The translations under genes were made by a program, and so were the position numbers. The notes beneath the pieces are model-generated. The model was not told where the DNA came from. It searched no databases and saw nothing but the letters and a program-made list of their open reading frames with translations. Of a DNA stretch of 64,000 bases, positions 46,724 through 55,600 are shown one piece after another. This stretch comes from Ignavibacteria bacterium (GTDB lineage: Bacteria; Bacteroidota; Ignavibacteria; Tepidaquicellales; OLB5), in NCBI GenBank assembly GCA_049516635.1, contig JBEKSX010000001.1:1671-65670 (forward strand), written 5' to 3'. Position 1 is the stretch's first letter, and each line of letters opens with the position of its first letter.

Positions 46724-48316
46724 TCACTTGTTGTTTAAATTTATGGGTAAAGTAATTTTGAAAGTTGTACCTTGCTGCGAGGTTTCTTCTACTTCCACAT
46801 GTCCGTTATGCAGGCTGATAATTCCATAAACAACAGATAGCCCGAGTCCCGTTCCTTTAGCAGCTTCTTTTGTTGAGTAGAAAGGCTCGAAGATATGAGA
46901 TAGATCTTTTTCAGGTATGCCGAAACCCTCATCTTTTATACGAATTACAGCAAGATTATTCTCATGCTTTACATCAATGATAATCTGACCTCCATTCGGC
47001 ATAGATTCTATCGCATTGATCAACAATGACATTAAAGCCTGCTGTATCTTCTGGGAATTACAGTAGATTTCAATCTTTTCAAGGGGGTAATATTTTGTAA
47101 GTTTTACATTATTTATTTCAAGATGATGGTTAATTAGAGTAATGCTTTTATCAATTATCTGGGAGAGATCCGATTTAGTAAACTCATCCGTATCTCTATG
47201 AGAAAAGAGGAGGAGATCCTTAACGATCTTACCACACCGGGCAGACTCCTCGGCGATTAGGGTCAAAAATTCGATGATTTTTGTATAATCTTTGCCATCC
47301 TCAGAAGCTTTGAGTTTTTTTTGTATCAATTTACTGTATGTGAGTATACCTTCGAGCGGATTATTAAGTTCATGAGCTACCGTTGCCGATAACTTACCAA
47401 GAGATGCAAGACGCTCTATCTGAACCACCTGGTCGTAAATGTTTTTGAGCTCTTCTGTCTTTTGCTCCACCTTTACATTAAGATTTTCAGACCAATCCTT
47501 AATCTCTTTGTATGCCGTATCAAGTTTTCGAGACATGTCATTGAATTGCCTGGCGATTATACCCAGTTCATCTCTCGATTTTAATGGAATCCTATAGCTA
47601 AGGTTCCCTTTACCCACTTCCTCAATTCCTTTGGAAAGCTTTTTTAAAGGTTTGTTCACGAGCAAGAGGATAAATACACCACTGAACAGAGATATGAAAA
47701 CTGTAATAATAACAGAATTCAGGATCACCGTTTTTCGATTAGAGGATATAGTTTCATCTGCCTTCTTCATCGAAATCATTACATCGAGGACTCCCAGCAT
47801 TTCTAGATTCTTTTGATGAGCGTGACAGTCGGAATTGTAACAATCAGGTTCATTCTTTATGGGATTAATCAAACCCAGCACTCTTTCTTCTTTAGAAGCA
47901 TAAAAGAATCGCATTCGTTCATTTGCCGATATATAGCTAGATACCCCACTTTTCCCATGGCAAGCTATGCATGCCTCTGCCTTCATATCAACTGTTTTAT
48001 TTATTTCCGAAGAATCTGTCGAAAAAATAATGGTTCCCATTTTATTATATATCCTGATACCCTTCACACCGGGTTCATCGCCAATTGTCCTTATTATCTG
48101 GTAAACATCATTCCTTTTATTGAGAAGCATACTATATCGTGTTGAACGCTTAATTATATCACTGATATTATAAGCATTTTGCTGGTATAATTTAGTGATG
48201 TCATTTTCAAGGTAATAGATGGTAATATAGGTATGCAAGGAAAATATTGCTATCAGTATAAGAGAAGTTACAAGCAGCAGCTTAACGCTTAGTTTATTAA
48301 ATAATTTCACTTTCAT
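46724..48316 (-). CDS. Sensor histidine kinase with periplasmic domain carrying c-type heme-binding motifs, HAMP, HisKA and HATPase
   Basis: 530 aa with two TM helices bracketing ~150 aa that contain CIACH (CxxCH) and CYNSDCH (Cx4CH). HAMP follows, then H-box SATVAHELNNPL, N-box LINAIESM, and G-boxes DEGFGI and GTGLGLS. Confidence 0.85.
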   Translation of the reverse strand: MKVKLFNKLSVKLLLVTSLILIAIFSLHTYITIYYLENDITKLYQQNAYNISDIIKRSTRYSMLLNKRNDVYQIIRTIGDEPGVKGIRIYNKMGTIIFSTDSSEINKTVDMKAEACIACHGKSGVSSYISANERMRFFYASKEERVLGLINPIKNEPDCYNSDCHAHQKNLEMLGVLDVMISMKKADETISSNRKTVILNSVIITVFISLFSGVFILLLVNKPLKKLSKGIEEVGKGNLSYRIPLKSRDELGIIARQFNDMSRKLDTAYKEIKDWSENLNVKVEQKTEELKNIYDQVVQIERLASLGKLSATVAHELNNPLEGILTYSKLIQKKLKASEDGKDYTKIIEFLTLIAEESARCGKIVKDLLLFSHRDTDEFTKSDLSQIIDKSITLINHHLEINNVKLTKYYPLEKIEIYCNSQKIQQALMSLLINAIESMPNGGQIIIDVKHENNLAVIRIKDEGFGIPEKDLSHIFEPFYSTKEAAKGTGLGLSVVYGIISLHNGHVEVEETSQQGTTFKITLPINLNNK

Positions 48317-48373
48317 AGCTATCGAACCTGCAATTTATTTAAAATTATTAAGGATTTTAATTAATAACAATCT

Positions 48374-48409
48374 TATAAAAAAACGCAGTCTCATTATTGA
48401 ACTGCGTTT
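48374..48409 (-). terminator. Rho-independent terminator between the GcvH-like gene pair and the kinase operon
   Basis: On the minus strand, aaacgcagt-tcaataatgag-actgcgttt is followed by TTTTTTT. Confidence 0.8.
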
Positions 48410-48471
48410 AATTCAAGCTATATGAAGTTTAATAGGGGTTGGAAGACTGAATTAAGTCTTTATGAAAAAAA

Positions 48472-49209
48472 CTATTTTTTAAAAAAACTATTAATAAGAC
48501 AGGAATAGTTCTTCTTACCGATTGCTTCATATAAATATCTTACATTCTTACCCCCATCCATTATGGTTACTCCTGTTTCAGGATAAGTTGTAAGATAATT
48601 ATGCAAAGTATCTTCCATATTGGATAAATTGATCTCATATTCCGTTTCGCTGTAAGATGCATTCAAAATATCTTCGCGGTCAGCTTCAATCAGACCAAAC
48701 CATTCATTCGTTAAAAAGTCAAAAGAATCAAACTCAGATTTGTTAAGAAAGAGAAAAGTTATAGGAGAAGCAATATCGACCGAACCCCACTCTCCCTGGA
48801 TCTTAAGAAAAGATACACCGCGTTGGACATACCGGTCTCCATTTGTAAGGAAACGAACCGAATTTTGACAGTCAATCAGAATCAACACAGCAGGATTAAT
48901 GCCTATATAGAAAATATTCCCAAATAGATTTTTTACGATAAGGTTATTTTTTAAATAATAGTATGGAGGCCTGCGGTACTTAACATCATTCTTCAGCTTT
49001 TGTATTATTTTTTTGAAGAAGTCCGCATTCGGTGAATCATATTGTCCCTCGCCCTGCTTTATGCTCGCCTGGTTTCTCATAACCTGGTCAAATTCGCAAT
49101 TTTCACAGTCGAAATCTTTATCACAAAGCTTGTACTCAACCAGATTAGATGACATCCAGATACATTTCAGGTCATCGAATTTCTTATATGGTAGATCCTG
49201 TACGCTCAT
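48472..49209 (-). CDS. Hypothetical protein: N-terminal Cys4 motif plus diverged GcvH-like (H-protein fold) domain
   Basis: 245 aa. The Cys motif is C16-x12-C29-x5-C35-x2-C38 (KCIWMSSNLVEYKLCDKDFDCENCEFD). The core FYIGINPAVL...VQRGVSFLKIQGEWGSVDIASPI resembles the neighbouring GcvH-like protein. It shares the C-terminal GVTIMDGGKNV motif. Confidence 0.6.
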   Translation of the reverse strand: MSVQDLPYKKFDDLKCIWMSSNLVEYKLCDKDFDCENCEFDQVMRNQASIKQGEGQYDSPNADFFKKIIQKLKNDVKYRRPPYYYLKNNLIVKNLFGNIFYIGINPAVLILIDCQNSVRFLTNGDRYVQRGVSFLKIQGEWGSVDIASPITFLFLNKSEFDSFDFLTNEWFGLIEADREDILNASYSETEYEINLSNMEDTLHNYLTTYPETGVTIMDGGKNVRYLYEAIGKKNYSCLINSFFKK

Positions 49210-49246
49210 ACTATGTTATTGATACCTGTATTAAATTACAAAAATA

Positions 49247-49927
49247 TCAAAATGATAAAAATTCTTCTTCAAATTGCTTCATCCCCTCATCATCGATCTT
49301 TGCAAGAGCTCCCTGTATAACATTACCGCCGTCATACATAGTTACACCGACGGGTTCAGCCCTGAATGCATTCTCGCTTAAAAAATCCTTTAATCTTTTG
49401 AACTCATCTTTCATCCAGTTAATAGCAATATGGCTCTTCTTCAATGTATTTAAGTTATCTTCCATATTGATAGGAGCTATTACCAGACCCCAGTCTTCAT
49501 ACGGGTCGTTCAAAGCTTTGCCGATTATATTTTGATTTACCGATCTTACAATCCCAAAGACAGGAGAACGGAATTTTACAAATTTAGAATCAAATTTACC
49601 TTCAAGTATAATATCTCCTTGTTTAACAAATCTGTTTTCCGGGACGATCTTTTCTATGGAAATCTTTCCTAAAGCTTTAAGCACAAAATCGTCTACTCCG
49701 ATCTTCAACAACCCGTTTTCAAATATCTTTGCCCAGGTATGACCTTTATAAAAGTAATATCCTTCAGGCGCTAATATGCTCTTTTTAGTAAATACGGGGG
49801 CAGTAGAAGCCAAAGGTGATCTTGAATACTTTTCAGTTGCCGCTTTACTAGCTTTTCTATGCTTTATTACAAGAATATCTCCAATAATAAATAGTACTGC
49901 TGTAATTAAGACTAATAATGCTATCAT
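49247..49927 (-). CDS. Membrane-anchored GcvH-like (glycine cleavage H-protein fold) protein without the canonical lipoylation box
   Basis: 226 aa. An N-terminal TM helix is followed by YKGHTWAKI..G.LKIGVDDFVLKALGKI...VKQGD...FRSPVFGIVRSVNQNI...LNDPYEDWGLVIAP, which tracks the H-protein pattern. ESVKA is replaced by EGKFDSKFVKF. Confidence 0.65.
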   Translation of the reverse strand: MIALLVLITAVLFIIGDILVIKHRKASKAATEKYSRSPLASTAPVFTKKSILAPEGYYFYKGHTWAKIFENGLLKIGVDDFVLKALGKISIEKIVPENRFVKQGDIILEGKFDSKFVKFRSPVFGIVRSVNQNIIGKALNDPYEDWGLVIAPINMEDNLNTLKKSHIAINWMKDEFKRLKDFLSENAFRAEPVGVTMYDGGNVIQGALAKIDDEGMKQFEEEFLSF

Positions 49928-50376
49928 GATAAATCTCCTTTAAATTATGGTTTACATATATTTATAGCTCAAATCTTGTTCCAAACTTACTGTAATATAA
50001 TCATTCTTAAACATCTGTTATTCTTATATTTATATTTAACTTAATAAGCATTTGTATTTCTTAAGATGTATGATGTTTAATATTTTTACATATTTATTTG
50101 TGTAATTGCATATTATTGACTTCAATACCATTTGAAATTAATGTCATTGATGAATTTTTATACATAATACTGTTGAATAATTTTACACATATATAGGATA
50201 TTAAATGATTTCTTTTAAAATCTTTGTAGAATTTAAAGGTTTAACCAACTACACAAGTAAATTTGGTTTAATTACTATGTTTTTCACATTACTGATATAT
50301 TTATCCTATGAATCAAAAGACATTATTTATTAAATTTGATTTTACTGAATAATATTTCGTTACTGTAAATATTCGA

Positions 50377-51684
50377 GTGGCCAATAATACAACTGTACCT
50401 AAAAACAATTATGGCTTAAAATCGATACTTCGTGCTCTGCACTCACGAAATTACAGATTGTTCTTTTTTGGCCAGGGTATTTCTTTGATTGGCACATGGA
50501 TGCAGCAAATTGCCATGAGCTGGCTCGTTTACCGCCTGACAAATTCAACAGTCCTCCTAGGTGTAGTCGGTTTTGCGAGCCAGATCCCGATTTTCATTTT
50601 ACCTCCATTTATTGGTGTGTTTGCGGATAGGTGGAACAAACGCAGATTTGTCATCATTATCCAGTCCCTGGCTATGCTCCAGGCTTTCATACTTGCTTTT
50701 CTAATTCTTTCAAATATGATAGAGGTATGGCACATCATTATATTGGGATTATTTCTTGGTGTGGTAAATTCAATGGATATTCCCGTCAGGCAATCCTTCG
50801 TAATTGGGATGGTTGAGAATAAAGAAGATTTAGGAAATGCGATAGCATTAAACTCTTCCCTGGTCAATGTTGGAAGACTCTTAGGTCCTTCCATAGGAGG
50901 AATCTTAATATATATTGTCGGTGAAGGATTATGTTTCCTCTTAAACGGAGTGAGTTATATTGCTGTCATAGCAAGTCTTTTTGCTATGAAGATAAAGCCT
51001 GTGAAATCAGTGGTGCAGCACCCGAATATACTTAGAGGTATTAAAGAAGGATTCACATATTCATTCGGATCAGTTCCTATCCGATCAATTCTATTGCTTC
51101 TCACCCTCGTTAGCATCATCGGTATGCCTTACCAGCTATTGATGCCCGTATTCGCCCGTGATATTTTGCACGGGACTTCCCAGACACAGGGATTTCTCAT
51201 GGCGGCTTCAGGCATTGGAGCATTAGGAGGCTCAATATTCCTCGCTTCAAGAAAGAGTGTAATCGGACTTGGAAAATTAATTTCATCCGCAACAATAATT
51301 TTCGGATGCGGGTTAATTTTCTTTTCAGTATCACGCCTTGTAATTATTTCACTTATTTTTATGATGATAACGGGATATGGAATGATTGTACAACTCGCAT
51401 CAAGTAATACAGTTCTGCAAACTATCACAGATGACGATAAAAGAGGCCGAGTAATGAGTTTCTACACAATGTCATTCAGAGGGATGTCACCTTTCGGAAG
51501 TTTAATGACCGGGATATTAGCTAGCTCGGTTGGTGCTCCCATAACGTTAACTATCGGAGGTATTTGCTGTATATTGGGCGGATTGTTGTTCGCAAGGAAA
51601 CTCCCTTCACTGCGGAAGCTGGTAAAACCGATTTATATACAAAAGGGTATCTTACCACAAACCGAAGAATCAGCAGCCATGTAA
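50377..51684 (+). CDS. Major facilitator superfamily transporter (EntS/DUF894-like)
   Basis: 435 aa with 12 predicted TM helices. N-terminal YRLFFFGQGISLIGTWMQ and GVFADRWNKRR motifs are typical of this MFS subgroup. GTG start. Confidence 0.8.
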   Translation: MANNTTVPKNNYGLKSILRALHSRNYRLFFFGQGISLIGTWMQQIAMSWLVYRLTNSTVLLGVVGFASQIPIFILPPFIGVFADRWNKRRFVIIIQSLAMLQAFILAFLILSNMIEVWHIIILGLFLGVVNSMDIPVRQSFVIGMVENKEDLGNAIALNSSLVNVGRLLGPSIGGILIYIVGEGLCFLLNGVSYIAVIASLFAMKIKPVKSVVQHPNILRGIKEGFTYSFGSVPIRSILLLLTLVSIIGMPYQLLMPVFARDILHGTSQTQGFLMAASGIGALGGSIFLASRKSVIGLGKLISSATIIFGCGLIFFSVSRLVIISLIFMMITGYGMIVQLASSNTVLQTITDDDKRGRVMSFYTMSFRGMSPFGSLMTGILASSVGAPITLTIGGICCILGGLLFARKLPSLRKLVKPIYIQKGILPQTEESAAM

Positions 51685-51892
51685 TTAAAATCTTTACTCA
51701 TCACAAATCTTACAATTATCACGATAATTGATGTCCAGTCATTATCCGATGATCTTGCTTGCATTTCAAGCTGCAATTTTTATTTGCGATACAGATCTCG
51801 CTTATAAATAACGGTAATCCTCCTTTACGAGTCTTGATTGTACACGCAGCGATATGGTTTCGACGGGCAGTAAAGTGCCTGATATAAATTGT

Positions 51893-52099
51893 TTAATCCA
51901 GAATTATGACCTGGTTTTTTCTAGGCACGTAATATACACTCATTCCCCTTACATTATTAATTCTTCTCGGGGTCATATTGAATTGTCCGCTTTGATTAAG
52001 AAATTTTTCCAGAGCATTATTTTTCTTTGAACGAACATTCTTGAGCGGTTTCTCTCTTTTCATCTGTTCATCGGTAAGATATTGCATATCTTGAAACAT
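51893..52099 (-). CDS. Hypothetical small basic protein
   Basis: 68-aa ORF in an AT-rich spacer with no recognisable motif. Coding status is unproven. Confidence 0.35.
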   Translation of the reverse strand: MFQDMQYLTDEQMKREKPLKNVRSKKNNALEKFLNQSGQFNMTPRRINNVRGMSVYYVPRKNQVIILD

Positions 52100-52129
52100 G
52101 AGTATAATTATTATTAAAGAAATAAAAAA

Positions 52130-52378
52130 TTATTTATTTAAGTTTAAAATCGAATTATCTTCTGACTTAGAATTATCTGCATTTCTGAATCCATGAAATC
52201 CGGGATTAAATTTAAAATTTTTTCTTAACAATACTTTATATCCGGTGTTATCGTTACTGATACAACCTTCCGGTTTATAAGACCATGTAAAATCAACAGG
52301 AATGTCTTCTGTAGTAATAATAAATGAACTTTTTTTAGATGGTTTCTCTATAATCATTAGGATTTCTCTTTTTTTCAC
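52130..52378 (-). CDS. Hypothetical small protein
   Basis: 82-aa ORF 30 nt upstream of the 68-aa ORF on the same strand, with no recognisable motif. Confidence 0.4.
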   Translation of the reverse strand: MKKREILMIIEKPSKKSSFIITTEDIPVDFTWSYKPEGCISNDNTGYKVLLRKNFKFNPGFHGFRNADNSKSEDNSILNLNK

Positions 52379-52618
52379 TTTCTTAATAAAGATAGCAATA
52401 TTTATGCCAAATCTAATAAATCTAAGGGGAGATGAATAATTATTTAACTCGTTGATATTCAGAAGAATATTACAAAATAATTAGGATTTTGAGCCCTTTC
52501 TAAAAGTCAAGAGTGTTAATTGTAGTGAAATTGGACAGTCTGAAGGTAAAATGTGGACACGAAAAGTTATGATTCATAACTAACAGAATAACAGTAACCG
52601 TATATAGAAAATATTTTA

Positions 52619-55600
52619 TTACTCGAATATAATTGTGAATAAAGTACCCTTTGGTCGGGTTATCTGGATTGAACCTCTAATCTGCTCAACTAAAGTAGAG
52701 ATGAGCTTCAATCCGAACGTACGGGATTCTGTGATATTGATTTTATCAGGAATACCAATTCCATCGTCTTTGACTTCGAGGGTGTATTTGTTTTGCTTAA
52801 GTGTTAACCTGATAAGAATCATTCCTTTCTTACGTCCTTTAAAGGCGTGTTTATATGAATTCGTTACAAGCTCATTAATAATAAGTCCACATGGTATGGC
52901 ATTATCGATGGACATAAAAATGTCCTTGGCTTCAAGGTTGACCTCAACAGCCGGTTTGCTTGTTCCGAAAGACTGCATGATGTAGGCAATTAGTGTTCTT
53001 AGATATTCATCGAAATTTATTTTACCCAGATTCTTCGATTGATACAGTTTCTGGTGTATGAGAGCCATAGATTGTACACGGTTTTGACTTTCTTTGAACA
53101 ATTCCAGTGCTCGTTTATCTTTTACATAGGTTGATTGTAGCTTCAGCAGGCTCGTGATTATCTGAAGATTATTTTTTACCCTGTGATGAATTTCTTTAAG
53201 AAGCACCTCTTTTTCAAGAAGCGATTGTTTTATTTCATCTTCGGATTTCTTCAGCTCGGTAATATCACGTCCCACTGACTGGTATCCAATAATTTTTTTA
53301 TTCTCATCGAATAAAGCCCTATCGGTCCATCTTTGCCATCTTATCTCTTTATCAGGCATCACCATCCTATGTTCGATAGTGGCAACAGGGTTTTGAAAAT
53401 TAAGAGATTTAAAATGTTTTTCGAACTTTTGATACTCTTCTTCGGGAATGGTGATATAAAACTTAGTCCCTATCAATTCGTTCTTAGATTTTTTGAAATA
53501 CCTGCTATAAGCATCATTCACATAAGTCAGAGTGCCATCCGGCATCCATCGGTAGATCATTTCCGTTTGGTCCTCAACTATGGCGCGGTATCTTGCTTCA
53601 CTTTCACGAAGAGCTTCTTCAATTACTTTGCGTTCTGTTATATCTATAGCAGTTCCGAGTACTGCCGGTTTACCATTATAAATTACCTGCGCTGATGAAT
53701 AATCCACCCATTTTTCGGTTCCCTCTTTTGTTAAAATCTTCATTTCATATCTTACCGGTTCTTTCTTACCGAGCAGTTTATTGAGCCCTCTTTGTTTTGC
53801 GACATCCTTAAAATCGGGATGCGTAAATTCCCAAAAATTCTCACCTACTATTTCATCAACTTTGTATCCTGTAAGAATTTCAGCATACGGATTAGCATAC
53901 ACGAATCTTTCATCTTGAAAGATGACTATTTCCGCGGGCATACATTCAGCCACAACACGAAATTTTTCTTCACTTAGTTTGATGAGATCCTCAGCATTTT
54001 TAACTTCAGTTACATCCAGTACGAGACTTAAAATTGCTTTTTGATTCTCGTATTCTATAAGCACTGATGATATTTGTGCCCACCTTTCTTTACCTGACCT
54101 GGAAATTATTATAAAATCATAGACAGGATCTACATATTCTCCTTTCATCTGTGTTATGATTCTTTCTTTTATAACTTTCTTGTAATCGGGACGAACCAAA
54201 TCAAGAAAGTTCATCTTAAAGAGATCTTTCGCTTCATAACCGAATATGTGCTCAAAGTACGGATTCACATACACAATTCTTTCTCCTTTTGTAATTACAA
54301 TTGATGCCTGTATTGCTTCCGTAACAGCACGGAATTTCAGCTCACTTTGCTTTAATGCTTCTTCAGCAGCCTTACGCTCACTGATATCAATGCATATCTG
54401 GATAACTGCATGTGTGTTTCCGAAAGAATCAAATTCCGCATACAAATAAGTATCAAGCCAGACAACTTTTTTATTTCGGTTAATAATTCTGTAATCTATT
54501 CTCTTGACCCCTTTAAAGTTCTCTTTCCTCCACTGGTTATAGAATGAAAACACTCTTTCCCTATCTTCAGGATAAATCATATCAATAAGCTCGGTATCGG
54601 ACAGGGCATTGAATTCATCTTTAGTATATCCCGATTGCCGTGTGAATTCATCATTAACAAATTCGTAAGTACTGTCTTTCACTAACAAACGTGTTACAGC
54701 TAAAGGAGAGTTCTCAGCAAGTTTTCTATATTTCTCCTCACTTAATTGTAGTATATCACGTGACTTTTTTTGTTCTGTAATATCGAGGCCATTTCCGAGG
54801 ACAGCCGGTTTTCCATTCAATTCGAACAAAGTAACAGTAAAATCAAGCCATTTCTCTTCACCGCTCTTTGTCATTATTTTGGCTTCATATCTATTAATAA
54901 CTTTTTCCCCGCGGATTCTGGCGAGCCCCCGGCTCTTCAATATCTCCTTGAAATCTGGGTGGACTACGTCCCAGAATTTCATTTTTTTCACTTCATCGAG
55001 TGTATATCCCGTTAATTCTAGCGCGTACTCATTCCCATAAAGAAATTTTTCATTCTGAAAGATGTATATCGCGGCAGGGCTAATATCACAAACTGCCCTA
55101 AACTTTGCTTCGCTTAAGCGGACTGCTTCTTCGTATCGCTTTTGTTCGGTGATATCTATGTATAGCTGGTTAATTGCAACCGGATTTCCATTTGTATCCA
55201 GATCTGCATAATGATATGTATCAAGCCATAGTTGTTCGCCGAATTTATTAAATGCCCTGTAAATGATGTGATTTATTTCTTTAAATCCATCTTTCACCCA
55301 TGTATTATATATATTTGTTAAATTATCAAGATCATCCGGATGTATAAGCTCGTTCAGCTGATCTATGGATAGCTGATTAAATTCATCAAGGGTATACCCG
55401 GACTGTCTAATAAACTCATCATTTACAATTTCATACCTTTTGGTTTTTATTGATAATCTCGTTATAGCAATGGGAGCATTATGTGTTAGCTTTCGATATT
55501 TTTCTTCGCTATCCCGCAAAGAGAGATCAGCTTTCTTTCGTTCAGTAATATCACGCATTATTGCAAGTATTTCATCTTCACCGCTAACGACCAGACGGGT

